Under the pieces are notes generated by a model. It did not search any database and had not been told where the DNA came from. It saw only the letters and a list, made by a program, of their open reading frames with translations. DNA of 64,000 bases from Rhynchobatus australiae (lineage: Eukaryota), in assembly GCA_034780895.1 (NCBI GenBank), contig JAUZTB010000064.1, forward strand, positions 57,678,159-57,742,158. The letters are read 5' to 3'. Position 1 is the first letter of the stretch, and the number at the start of each line of letters is the position of its first letter. Below, one piece after another: positions 39,875 to 52,696 of this stretch. The translations under genes and the position numbers were made by a program.

Positions 39875-40180
39875 TTTTTTTTTACAAAATAAACTTCATT
39901 CATAATAAAAAATAAACTATATACAATAATAAAACAGTTCAAACTTTTACATTCGTGTACAGGTCCGTTCTTAGTGTTACTTCTTGTATATAAAGACACA
40001 GCACTGGTGCCACTCGTGTGGCTCCCTCGGGGGGNNNNNNNNNNNNNNNNNNNNNNNNNNNNNNNNNNNNNNNNNNNNNNNNNNNNNNNNNNNNNNNNNN
40101 NNNNNNNNNNNNNNNNNNNNNNNNNNNNNNNNNNGTCCCTCAGCACATACTCCCACAGCCTGGACTGTGCCAGCATTCCC
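39875..40180 (-). mobile_element. L1/Tx1-clade LINE 3' end
   Basis: Minus strand LAQSRLWEYVLRD (ORF2 C-terminus) and an A-rich tail (TTTTTTTTACAAAATAAACTTCATTCATAA on +). Confidence 0.7.
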
Positions 40181-40599
40181 TTACGGACACCTCACAGTGC
40201 TGGACCCCTGGAAGGACCCCTTCCATTGTTGGACTTCCTTCATGTATTAGCTCTGACACTTTTCCCGCCATTGAAGTGCAGTCACTATTACAATGGAGGA
40301 CACACAATTTGCACACAGTAAGGTCACACCAGCCAAACAAAACAAAAGACGAGATAATTGGTTAAAGGATAAACATGGCCCACTAACTAATGCCCCCTTT
40401 TGAATAACACTGCAAGCTTTTTTTTATGCTTATCAGAAAGGGCAGATGGGCTTCAGTTCAATAATTCATCAGCCAATCCAGCACTCCCTCGGTGTATCGA
40501 TAAGCAGCAATGACAGCATCGAGTAATGCAACCCTGATGTTTCTGTCCCCTTACATTATTGCACTTTATTTTAAAGAACTATTGAGAACCATTATTTTA

Positions 40600-42450
40600 A
40601 AGAAGTTTTTGGATCATTGCATTAATGCAGCACGGTGACTGGATGGTGCACCCTAGGGTTTTGGAAACCAGGTAATGGGTGGGCAGAAATGCGCGTGTGT
40701 GTTTAAGTTGAGAAGGGTGTTGGTTGCGGAACGGGAAGGAGTGGCTACTTGTGCTGAGATCCAGCTCTGCGCTAAGTGCGGAGCAGCAGAGATGAGATCA
40801 GAGGCGATGTGATCGCTTCGGAGGCTCTGTAAGAAGAGAATGCGATTTACTCGGAGCTTTACTTAACCACCTCAGAAATTCCGCAGTACTCACAGCAGCG
40901 AATACTGGGACTGAGGATATGGAACTATATCATTACACGATAAGTGGAAATCTTTAACCAACTCTGAAATATCAAAACCATTGACAGTTTCAAGGACTTT
41001 TCACCCAATTTTGGGTTACCGGTTTTATTTCCATCGGATATTGAGAGAAGGCAAAAATCCAGACCCGTGTCGCCGGAGTTATAAAGCTGCTCTAACTGTA
41101 CCTTGATGTGAAAGCTGGAAACGATGATTTTAACACGGAAGCATGCAACGAGTTCCTTGGTGGAGTGGGGTTCCCCTGTAATAGTCTAATTAATTTAATT
41201 GAACTAACGAACAGAGATCGGGCAGTGGGCTAAGTCCTTATCATTTGACACGCTTGAGCTCGGTTGGGCGATCGCTGACGGCTGGATCCGTTCTGTATCG
41301 CGAACCGTTTGTAGTTAGGATCTTGCCAAGGTGTAACGTTGTTGAAAACTGGTGACTTAAATCTTAATTTTCGACAGATTTCATTTATTTTTTTAAAGAA
41401 AACTTCACCAGCGGTGATTTTGCATTATAACGTCAAAAGCTTTTTCCCTTGCAGTATGTAATTGTTATCATTGAATGGATTATTGTTGGAACTGAATGGA
41501 TGAACTGAGCAGCAGAGTTCTGAGTTTCCTGTTTGGGATTCAGGGCTTTGTTTCCGTGCGGTTTGACGGTGGAGTTGAGTGTGACCTGAGTGATGTTTGG
41601 TGCCTTGGTGTGTCCTCATCAAGCTCTCTTTCACAGCCAACCCTGCGCTGAAAGATCTCTGATAAGGAAGTCCTGGACTGCACGTAACCCTCGTCCGAGC
41701 GACCTCCGTAGCCCGGGGCCAAATTCATTTGATATTTTCTACCCATCTGGGTCTCCTTTACTCCTCTGGTTCGGCGTTCATTTTTTCTGGGTTAATGTGT
41801 ACTTCACGGTTTCATTGGAACAGCAAAGGTGCCCCCAAAGAAAAGGCATTGCAAATTGAATGCATGCGGTTAATCCATCTGCTTATTTTAACAGTGTGAA
41901 AGGCTGAAATCTCTGTTGATGGATCTGATTATGTTTGGATGGTGCAAGAGCTCTGGAGCCTCAGATTGATTGCATTTACCCTGCGCGATAGGGAACAGGG
42001 CGAGTCCGGAGTTACTTTCTATCCCAGTTGCAATTGCAGCCCTTGGTTGTAAGAGTGTGAGAGTGGTTTGTTTCACTGGGGCTCGGTGCATCAGGCGGTG
42101 CTAGGACCCAGCGGAATCCTCGGGCTGGACAGTTAAGCGGGGAGGTCAGTGGCGGCCCTTTTGATCCACGGGGACGACGTGTGCCCCCACCACCCTCCGT
42201 CACTGCCCCGCCCGGCCGGCTCCTGCAGCCAGCTGCGGCATCACTGACAGAAGGAGAAAGAGATGCAAAAACAAATAAACAAACAGGCCGCCTTCTCCAT
42301 TGTCTCGCTGGCTCCCAACTCTCCTGCCCCACTCTAGCCCCCAAGCACACAGGTACTGACGGGTACACAGCCAGGGCGCACTCACTCATAGCCTGAGCAT
42401 CTTGATCAGAATCCGGCAGCGAAGTCCCGTCTGCAGAGAAAATATGTCTC
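40600..42450 (+). promoter_or_regulatory. DLC1: CpG island and promoter region of DLC1-alpha
   Basis: Clear rise in CpG density over the CpG-poor background; GGGTGGGC near 40677 and GC box GCCCCGCCC at 42205; contains the MILT exon. Confidence 0.75.
41124..41136 (+). CDS. DLC1: Coding part of DLC1-alpha first exon (MILT + C)
   Basis: AAG CTG GAA ACG ATG ATT TTA ACA C matches the known DLC1-alpha N-terminus (K.DT)MILTQ; C + AG of exon 52625 gives Gln then IEAKEAC. Donor reads GGAAGC, not GT. Confidence 0.75.
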
Positions 42451-42837
42451 CATTAAACTGCAATTTTGACAGTTCTCCAATTTATCCTCAACACAAAACA
42501 TTTTTAGCTACTGTGCCCCATTCATTCTGTTACCCCTTTTAATTCCATTATAAATTTCATTTGTAACGTCTTGTGCATGAGAATGATTGCACATAGCGCT
42601 GCCTTCAATCCTATGCAGTATAAGCAGGCGGCATTACTGCAAGTGTCCACTGAAATTGTCATGAAACGTCCACTTGATCCAATAGCCATTTGTGCAACAG
42701 AATTCAAGTTTTAAATTAAGAACGGCAGACAAGCATTTCCCATTCTTCTATTCTGTCACTTACTGTGAACATTGCTAGTAGGGTTAGCATGTAGCAAAAC
42801 TGTCATTCAAATTGACATCAATTTAAACATCCTATAC

Positions 42838-43080
42838 TTCAAGTCAAGTCGAGTTTATTGTTATGTGCACAAGTACGGTGAGGTACAGTACAATGAAAAA
42901 CTTGCTTGCAGCAGTATCACAGGCACNNNNNNNNNNNNNNNNNNNNNNNNNNNNNNNNNNNNNNNNNNNNNNNNNNNNNNNNNNNNNNNNNNNNNNNNNN
43001 NNNNNNNNNNNNNNNNNNNNNNNNNNTATGTGTGCATGGGTACAATGAAAAACTTTCTTGCAGCAGTATCACATGCACAT
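42838..43080 (-). mobile_element. Rex1/Babar-like 3' end, different subfamily, gapped
   Basis: CAAGTCAAGTCGAGTTTATTGT...TACAATGAAAAACTTGCTTGCAGCAG, repeated on both sides of the gap. Confidence 0.55.
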
Positions 43081-43769
43081 ATGTACTTACACATGAATTC
43101 ATTGTAATAAAAATCTGGTCTTTCAATGAACCTGAAAGCAATATTGTGTTTTTGAAATGACCTGTGTTCACATGTTAATTTTCAGTGATTCAAAATAGAA
43201 AAAAAGTGATCATTCAAAGTAATCGGAATGATCACTCTAATGATCACCACCCTAATCTGAGTCACGTATCAAGCAACACTTCTACATGGATGCTTTGTTG
43301 CAAAGCAGCATTTATTATTCACCAATAAAAATATTAACAGGAACAATAAAAAGTTGTAATAAAACTGCATGGAGGGAAAATGGGTTGACCAATAAGTACA
43401 TAAAGGAACTCGTCAACATTAGCTGTGAAAATAGCTCAGTGTGAATTTAATATTTTTTATAGGTTATACATGGTTTGACATTCAAGATAGAAATGTTATA
43501 TGAATTTTTGATATAGTATTATGGCAGAGAATGTGAAGTTAATATAGCTGTCAGGAACATCAGTTCTGGTAATAGATCATCAAGCTGAAANNNNNNNNNN
43601 CTCTCCATGGATGCTGTCTGATCTGTTGCATATATCTTTTTATAATTTCAAATTTCCAACATCAGTAGCTTTTTTGAATTTCAATCATAGATGCATTAAT
43701 TAAGTTTAGTTAATCTATTAGTCACAGTGCAGTATTGCCACCCCTTATTGTGGCAGAGAAGCACAAGAA

Positions 43770-44140
43770 TGGCATGGGGTAGCTCAGTGGTTGTAGATCG
43801 CAGAGCCACAGCTTCACAGCTCCAGCAACCTGGGTTCAATCCTGACCTCTGGTGCTGTCTTGTGTAGAGCTTGCACATTCTCCCTGTGATTGCACAGGTT
43901 TCCTCTGGGTGCTCCAATTTCATCCCACATCCCAAAGACGTGTGGGTTCGTAAATTAATTGGCTGCCTGTAAATTGCCTCCGCTGTGTAGGTGAGGGGTA
44001 GGATCTAGAGGCAGTTGATGGGAATGTGGGGAGAATAAAATAGGTTAGGGTAGGATTACTGTAAAAATGGGTTGATGTGGGCTTGACTGGCTAAAGGGCC
44101 TGTTTCTGTACTGTATTCCTCTATGACTATATGACTCTCT
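43770..44140 (+). mobile_element. Near full-length HE1-like tRNA-derived V-SINE
   Basis: A box TAGCTCAGTGG, B box GGTTCAATCC near 43833, V-domain GGTTTCCTCTGGGTGCTCC...CCCACATCCCAAAGACGTG, CR1-derived tail AAGGGCCTGTTTCTGTACTGTA...CTCTATGACT. Confidence 0.85.
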
Positions 44141-46319
44141 ATTGAACTATGACAGAAAACAAAGATAGAGGAAGATATATTAGCATCACACAATGGTGAT
44201 GGCAGTGATTGACAGATATGTTCACAATATTCTGCACATGTGTTTGTCAGCATGCACGGACACAATCCCCTTTTAAAAAATAATTAGCTTTCTAGAGTAT
44301 CTTTCAGAAAAAAAAACAAAATAAATATACCAAGAAAGCAGATTGGTCAGACCTGATGTGTATAAATCTGTCACCAGGACAGAAAAGCTCGATTGCCTTG
44401 TATGTATACATTCAGTCCATCTGGCCTGCAGCCATTGGTATTCCAGAGTGCAGATAATTAGCACTAGCTATCTCCATTATTTCTCTTAGGTTTCTGGTTC
44501 CAGTGTCTTCTTTCAGGATCCAGCAGATGGCTGTGGCCTCCTGTAGTCCCCTGACCCCAATATGATAAAAAGAATTTTGTGACAGATTAAAGTCCTGCAG
44601 ATGCAGTTCAATGTCAGTGCCTGATCACTTGTGTTTGTTCAGGATGCATCTGGTGAATGCAGCTTGCAATACAGAGCTTGTTCTCTACAGGATGGTTCAG
44701 CATTGTAAACAGGAGTCTCATGCTTTATTTTTCCCCTTAGCAACAGGAAACAAGCACAGGAAAGGAGGTAGAGCTAAGGTTCTGAATGGCTCCAGACAAT
44801 ATTAAACTTGCCACACAGCATGCCAAACTCATCTGGTCTATAAATAATGAAGAGGGAAATAAGAACTAGAGGTTGATTCCTCATAATTTCCTCTTGTGCA
44901 TTCAGGGTGAAACTTAAATTAAGCTCTTGTCATTTACTCGACAGTAGCAGGGACCCACCTTGTATTGTTAAGTAGGTGCATCTGGTCTATTTTGGTCTTC
45001 TAGAATAAATATAGCAGATGCACACTCACCACATCACTAAACCATTCTGCAATGAGATAACAATTATTACACTTTGGAGCTGCCACTATCCTAACAATAG
45101 TGTTTTATATTGCCATACTGCTGAGAGCTGCTGGCCATCGTCAAGAATATTATACCTTCTTGGGGTATGTGGCTATCAGTGGACTTAAAGAATTATTTTC
45201 AAATTATGTATGCTTATTTCTCTGTAGATGGTCTAAAATATAAAGAATAATAGTTTTAAAATTTTAAATATTATTTTTAATTTTGTTATTTTGTTTGCTT
45301 GTCATATATGAATTGTGAGCCTTGTTATATTTTGCACTGCATTTAATTTCTTTAAAATATATTTAATTATTTGAAACAAGCAAGCTAGAAAACTGAATAA
45401 CTGATAGAGGAAACTGGTGTGATATTTTTCAGTTGTAGTTAATGGGTGCCTGTCGGTTTTTGTACCTCTATTCTGTATCCTAACTTGACCTTTGTTGAGA
45501 TAAACCTCAAAATATGCTTGCCTACAAATTAATCTTCTCACATATGAACATGCTTGGGCACCTCAAACACTGAGCGCTTGAATCACTGTTGGGAGCACAG
45601 GAGGCCGAGTGTGAACAGGTAAAGGAGTGCACCACCTTCTGATCAGCCCCCACCCTCCTCCCCCTCGCATTTGCCCGTGAAGTTCTACCTCTCCCATGTA
45701 TGGCTGAGTCTATGGACTCCATAAAGGACTCATTAGTTAATTCAGAACCCGGAGAAATATGGTGGAAATCCGGAATCCTAAGGGACTTCCTAAGAATAAG
45801 AAAAAGGAGTATAAATGTTGAAATATTTTTAAGAGGTTGATTATATTTCCATTCCGCTGGTTTACCAAATGCACACTAGTAGACAGGATGGTGCTAAATC
45901 TCGGAAATGTTACTTTTTTTCCCAGAGACGCAGAGCAGTTCAATGTAAGGATGTTGTTTTTAAACAATAGCAGACATTCTTGGCAAATGGCACTTTAGTG
46001 TGAAGCGTCTGTTCATTTAGAATGACCTGATGTCTTTTGTCTGCCACTGTATAAGAACACAATGAGTCATTGCAAATTGCCTATTGTTAAAGTGCAGTAT
46101 TTATGGTAAAACCATTTTGTCAGCTTTTTTCTGTGATCTATTATTATCTGCCAATATATAGGTAGTCATCATGTATTAAAATGTCCATTTTGTAAATATT
46201 TACTTTAATCATAATAAGAAAAGTGGATTAATGTACAATTGTACAATGAAAATGTGAAAAGAACACACACATATACTCCACATTAAGTAAATAGATAGAG
46301 GGATAGAAAAATATATAAA

Positions 46320-47170
46320 TAGGACTTCAGCACCATAACAGGCACTTACAGCCCAATGAGTCCACGCCGTTCATTTAAACCCATGATCTCTTCACCCTCT
46401 ACGTGAAGAAGTTGCCCCTCAGGTTCCTTTTAAATCTTTCTCCTCTCATCTTAAACCTATGTCCTCTAGTTTTTGGTTCCCTTTGCCACAGACAGTGTGC
46501 ATTCACCCTATCTATTGTCCTTCCTGATTTTATACACCTCCATAAGATCACCGCTCAGTCTCTTACATTCCAGGGAGTAAAGTCCTAACCTGCCCAACCT
46601 CTCCCTAAAACTCAGGCCCTCAAGTCCTGACAATGTTCTCATAAATATCCTTTGCACTCTTTCCGTTTTAATGATGTCTTTCCTGTAACAGGGTGACCAA
46701 AACTGTACACAATATGTGCGGCCTCACCAATGTCTTGTAGAACTGCAGCATAACATCCCAACTCCTATATTCATTGCCCTGACCGATGAAGGCCAATGTA
46801 CCAAACACCTTCTTCAACACCCTGTCAACCTGTGATGCCACTTTCAGCAAACTATGTACTTGTACTCCTAGGTCCTTCTTTTCCACAACATTTTCCAGGG
46901 CCCTACCATTCATTGTATAGGTCCTACCTGGTTTGACTTCCCAAAATGCAACATCTCACTCTAACCTAAATTGAAAGCCATTTGCCAATCCTCGGCCACT
47001 TACCGAGCTGATCAAGATCCCCCTGTAATTTTGATAACTTTCTTCACTATTCACATTACCACCTTATTTTAATTTTGTCCGCATACTTACTGAACATGCC
47101 TTGTACATTCTCATCCAAATCACTCATATAAATAATGAACAACGAAGATCCCAGCACCAATCCATATGAC
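46320..47170 (-). mobile_element. CR1 LINE, RT C-terminus and 3' end
   Basis: ORF 46668..46913(-) NGRALENVVEKKDLGVQVHSLLKVASQVDRVLKKVFGTLAFIGQGNEYRSWDVMLQFYKTLVRPH. Confidence 0.9.
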
Positions 47171-47964
47171 CACCGTTTCTCTTGTTTATTCTATGTCCGC
47201 AGATTGAGCATATACATGGTTAATGTGTAAAATTATAGCACAGAATAACATTCTTTGCAATGCTTCAAAAGTTGTGTTGCAAATCAGTGGATGGTCTTTT
47301 GGATTATCTAATACCTTTTAAACAATTGTGACTAAAAAGCAAACTGCTTAGAAGTTCAGACAGGAAGAGTTTCCATTTAGCATATATACAATGCATTCCT
47401 CCAATACCCAAACCTACCAGAGCCTCATATGTCAAAGGATTTATTTTGGAAAATATTAGCGTTCTTCCACTTTCTCCAAGCATGCTGACCCTGAGGTATT
47501 TAAATAACAAATTATAAATATTTATAAACAACATTTCACTGTGATTTAGTGTAATGATNNNNNNNNNNNNNNNNNNNNNNNNNNNNNNNNNNNNNNNNNN
47601 NNNNNNNNNNNNNNNNNNNNNNNNNNNNNNNNNNNNNNNNNNNNNNNNNNNNNNNNNNACCTGTGAAAGAATTCGCAGTATCTAGTTCATGAAATAAACC
47701 ATTGAGGTTTTGACTGTTCTCTACTATTTCACACTAAAGAAGTGTATCCAGACTTTTCATATTTTTTTGGATTCTCTGGCATCTTTAACATTTTTTAAAA
47801 ATTTTAACATATTAACTGAGGAAGTAATATTGCATGAACTGCTGAACAATGGAAACTTTCACAGCACTGCCATTGCAATAAAATTAACAAAAAGAATTTA
47901 AATTTATATCATCTTTTATTACTCAAGACATCAGAAACAATAAATCAAGTGCTTTAGGAATCTA

Positions 47965-48310
47965 TCACTTTTATAACATAAGGAATAAAGCAATTTGTGC
48001 ACAGCAAGGTCCCACAAAGAGCAATAAAATGAATGACCAGTCAATCTACTTTTGTTATTGATTGAGAGATAAATATTGGAAAATGATCTAGATATTGTCC
48101 CTACTCTTCATCAAGTAGTGGTGCAGAATCTTGTGTGCCCATTTGAAAGAACAGATTAGTTTTNNNTTTAATATCCTAGCCAATAAGACCGCAGTCCCTT
48201 AGTTTATATAGTTAAATACCAGCCTAAATTATGTCAGCAAGCATCGTAAACTAGTGACAGTTTTAAACACACAGCCTTCTGATTCAGAGATGAGGGTGTC
48301 TCATTTTGCC
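47965..48310 (-). mobile_element. Old Deu-domain-type SINE remnant
   Basis: CACAGCAAGGTCCCACAAA...AATGACCAG...GATTGAGAGATAAATATTGG pattern; related decayed copies near 35300-35540, 39200, 40360 and 51840. Confidence 0.5.
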
Positions 48311-49964
48311 AAGCCTGAAACTTGTGCTTACTTTCAAAGTATCTTTTTATCCAGTAGTAGATTTTCTGTGTAGTTTTGTGCAGTATAATTTCACACTTTG
48401 AGAAAATATTTAAATTTTTTTTCTAAAAATAGGTTGGTTGTTATTTTGGAGTAGCATAGCTTTTTGGGGACTGATGCCAAGATTCAGATTTGAAAGCACT
48501 GTAGAAATTTGTCCTCAGTCTCACGCACTAAACCTGTGATATAGTAATATTTCTGCAATGTATTTCACTTGCTGGATTCCAGTCCATTGAATTTTGAAAG
48601 CAGAGATCAACCTAAATAAGCTTTTATCCCTTTAGTGCAGACAACTAGATCTGGATTTCTAACTCTAGTCTGTGTCTTCTAACATCTGTAGAGGTATATT
48701 TATATAACCAGCATTTCTTTGCCTGATCCAAATGAATTCCTTTTGTGTGAATTTAAGTGTCAGAGGTTGGCAGGCTATTCCATGGAGAACATCAGAATCA
48801 GGTTTATTATCACTGACTTATATATCATGAAATCACAGCTGAGCCTTGGTGTTACACATGTATGTCCTGGCAGTGGTCGCCAGATAGAATCCAGACCAGA
48901 ATCCCAGCAGATTTCACCTAATAGTAGCAAGACCAGAGGTTCTATCTCTGATACTTCAGATCAATTGACTCAGTATCATTTAAGATAAAGCAAAGGATCT
49001 TCTAGTTTGTCTTTATCCAGCTGTGGTTTTGGAGAGGCCAACAATGACTTTAAAGGTTACAATGAGGTTTATGTGGAAACATACTGATTAAGTGGATTCA
49101 AAAGCTCTTGCAGGTTGAATGTGAGTTAGTGACAGGCATTTTGACATTTACTGACAATGGACAAATCCAATTTGAATCTGTCCAGGTCACCACAGTCAAA
49201 CTGACATTACAGACCGTTGTGATACATCCCTAGATATCTACATTGTGCTCTGCTGTTTTGGTGCAACGTCAACTTGCATTGCTCTTTACATGGGATTCCA
49301 CCATTTACTGTAGCTTAAATCATTTAGAGGATAGATGATAATGCTCTCTGGTGTTAAACACCAGCTCTGATTGTGTTGACTGTCACATATGTTCTAGTTA
49401 ATGTCACACCTAGGTTGCATTCTGCATGAGGTAAGCGGATACTCACTGTCATTCTGAGCAGCCAGGCAGACCCGACAACAGTTGACTTTGACTTGATTTC
49501 AAACCATTTGTTTGGCATATTCTTGTTACTCTGCAATTTGGTACTTATGTTAATGGTTCCATTATGACTGAGAAATCTTCTATCCTCTCACCAAACAAAA
49601 GCTGACCTTGTCAGTTAGAGCAATTAAATGTTAGTATGCTTCTGCTAAGAAGTTTCAGCAGAACCTTGGTCCAGTGTTTATTACCTGTGACAATGAGCAA
49701 GGAGTGAGTGAGACTTGCTTGCAAAACTGACCTGTAGAAAACAGGAAAAAGTGAAAAATTCACTTTCACCAGAGCCAGTATATGGAACAGCAACTGAACA
49801 AAGTGATTTATTTATGCACACTTATTCATTTCTGGCTTAATTTCTTAAAAATATTAAATTATAACTAAAATACTTCAACTGTGCCACTGGAATGCATATA
49901 TGATAGGATTACATTTTTCATATTTACTCCCGTTTGATGTTAAATTTCTCCATGTTTGAGTATG

Positions 49965-50220
49965 TCGTCTATGGGTTAGCTGGTAACACCCCCTTGAGCC
50001 AGAAGATAGTGAATTCAAGCCCCAGTCAGGTACTCGAGCACAAGACTCCAGGACAACACATAAATGCAAAACAAAGAGAGTGCTGCACTGTCAAAGGTGT
50101 TGTCCATCAGATGGCAAGGTCTTGTCTGTTCCTCCATGTACAGCTTGTACATCCCATGGCATTATCTGGATAACCAGCTGAACAATCCCAATATTTATTT
50201 CTCAAAATATCCCTGAAACA
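49965..50220 (+). mobile_element. Old Deu-domain-type SINE remnant with tRNA-like head
   Basis: GAATTCAAGCCCCA (B-box-like) and GAGAGTGCTGCACTGTCAAAGGTG core. Confidence 0.55.
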
Positions 50221-52624
50221 CATCATGTGGTGATTAATGGACATTGCCGCCTGCTTTTCTCCGTGGATGCTGCCTGGCCTGCTGAGTTCCCCCAGCATCA
50301 TAATGTTTTTTATTCATTTTTTTTATACTTACTCCCACTTGACAGTAATTTTCCTCATTTTTGAGTATGTTGTTTGTGGCTCAGTCAGTGCAGCATCCCT
50401 TTTTCTCAAAGGGATGAATTGGCAGTATCAAGAAGGCAGAAAATGAAAAGTAAAAATGTTGCAGTTGCTCAACCATTTGACAAGTGCCATTATCTCCAGA
50501 GCAATGCTTTGAAGCACATAGGGTCTGTGAAGCAGGAGATAAGGTTGAAGTAGGTGGCAAAATGGTCCACTTGCCTTTGTCTAATGAAGTTCTGCGTTTT
50601 GGTCCTCTGGGAGGACAAAATGCAGTCAAAGCTGGTTAAAAGCCAAGAATTCATACATACTTACCACCTGTAATCTTGATTTGACAATGTGTGAAAGTGA
50701 GCTACTGTCATTTATTTGGCAGCACAGTGCAGATCAGCTTCAATCCACTGCAGACAATTTCCCCACATTTAATTTGTATCGTGAAGCTAACACAAAAATG
50801 CAACAATTTATTACAAAATAACTTCCAATTTTCCTTTTATCGTGTAACAAGTTTACCCAATAAAATTGTGATGCCGAACTTGCTGGAGAAATAGAGGAAT
50901 AAAATTGAACACTAGCTTTTATTATTTCAAAAAGCGGTGAAATAAATTGAACAGCCGTGCAATTGTATTATCATGTTATTCTTCAGTGTAGGAATGCTAA
51001 GTATTTCAAACTGTAAATGTGGCATTGGCAACATACTGGGGTAAAGAATATATTAATATAATTCCCAATACAGCAAATCAATGGTGCCTCAATGTTCTGG
51101 TTCCCAGTGGACTTAAAACTGGAAAAGTATTGTGCTGCTTATTAGACATTCCATTGCAAGGAGACTAGCGCTGCCAAGGGATTGTGCAAGGGATTAGTGA
51201 TTAAGTCCTAACATGCTGACCATCAGTGCTGGTTACTGCCTTGACAAGGAAGCTTCTCTAATCTATGAAAGGACCGTTGGGGTTTCAGTATAACAATGTA
51301 TGAAGACATTACAAATCTCCAATCGTGATACTATAATGGTATGCAATAGCAGTTTGGACTTATAACCTTGGGAGCATATGCAATGATCATTTAGCTTGTC
51401 TGTGCCAAACATTATTGCTCAACAAGGTGGTAAATTTGGGGTGCCTGTTCAATTTTAGGGCCCTAGTTTATGTCTACTACAGACCAATGCAGACTGAAAT
51501 GTCTCTTATACTGCCCCAGAAACACCCTTACTGCAACAATGACATTTTTCCATTCTCCATATTGAGTACTTGCATTGCACCTATCAGCAGCCTTGCCAAC
51601 ATAGAAGAGATCTACTTGTGTAGATCTTTATCATATTGTGAGTACTTCCCTATGACTTGCACACAGAGCAGTCACTGTTCATGGGCAAACATTGCAATCA
51701 GTTTTCCCACAGCGAGATCTCATCTGCATTAACTGAATGAGTAACCAAGTATTTTCAATGCAGTTCTTTGAGGCAGAATACCAAGTTGTGTCGATTTTTA
51801 AAATATTTGTTTTGTGTCTACTTGTTTGTGTAGTCAGGGACTTAGTTTAGCAACATATTTGAAAGGCTCCTTCAATACAATATTAAAGTGTCAATTTAGA
51901 TTATCCATTCAAATTTACAGTCAGATTTAATCACAACTGTTTGGCTGAGGCTCAACTGTGTTACCCAAGGAGGCAAGCTGACATTTAGTGCAAATAAGTG
52001 CGCTCAAAGCAAATCACTGTCAGAAGTAAAATAACTTAGTTCTAGAGTTTGATCACCAATATTGCAAACTGAGTACCTCCAGTCTTTTGCCTTCTAACTG
52101 CCGAAGAAACCAGGCAATCATTGTTCATCCGGCCTTCAATCAGACACTCTAGAATTGATAGGGCTGCATTAACTCTGTTTTTAATGAAATGCACATACTG
52201 ATTTCTTCAACATTAAAAGCCTTCCAGTGCTGCTTTAATTTGATTTGAAACTTCTCATCCTTGTTTACAACACTGTCCATGCCCTTCACACTCTTCATTT
52301 ATCTAACTTCCCTATACCTTCCAAAACCGGCTCACTCCTCCAAACCTGGCTTCTTGTGCATCCCCGATTTAATTGTATCACTATTGGTGGTCATACCTTC
52401 AAATCCCCAGGCCTTAAATCCTAGTAGCCCTTCCCTAAACCACTCCTCATCTCTTTCTCTCCTTCTTTGAGGATTAAACCTTTGGTTGTAGTCTAATGTG
52501 ATCTTTGATTAAAAAAATGTTCTGTGAAACGCTTTGACATGTTACTAAAACATACATGCAAAGTTGTTATTGGTTGTAAATGCTAAATAACTAACTGTGA
52601 GATCTTGGATTATTTTCCTCTTAG

Positions 52625-52696
52625 AGATTGAGGCCAAGGAGGCCTGTGATTGGCTGCGGGCAGCAGGGTTCCCACAATATGCCCAGCTGTATGAAG
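52625..52696 (+). CDS. DLC1: DLC1 exon, SAM domain part 1: IEAKEACDWLRAAGFPQYAQLYE
   Basis: ttttcctcttag acceptor, G|gtgagg donor, 72 nt; translation matches the DLC1 SAM start. Confidence 0.97.

Noticed and set aside
41425-42396. Short ORFs in the CpG island
   Set aside because: GC-rich sequence has few stops; products are low complexity with no recognisable domain.
517-43080. Direct repeats flanking 100-N gaps (near 529, 5084, 16486, 19701, 36828, 42927)
   Set aside because: Same sequence on both sides of fixed-length gaps indicates unmerged contig overlaps, not real duplications.
43770-43850. Possible tRNA gene (A and B boxes), also at 16620-16685
   Set aside because: Continues into a V-domain and CR1-derived tail, so it is a SINE head; no clean cloverleaf.
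49401-49436. ATG plus 9 codons followed by a strong donor GAG|GTAAGC
   Set aside because: Phase 0 does not fit the phase-1 acceptor at 52625 and there is no promoter context or homology.
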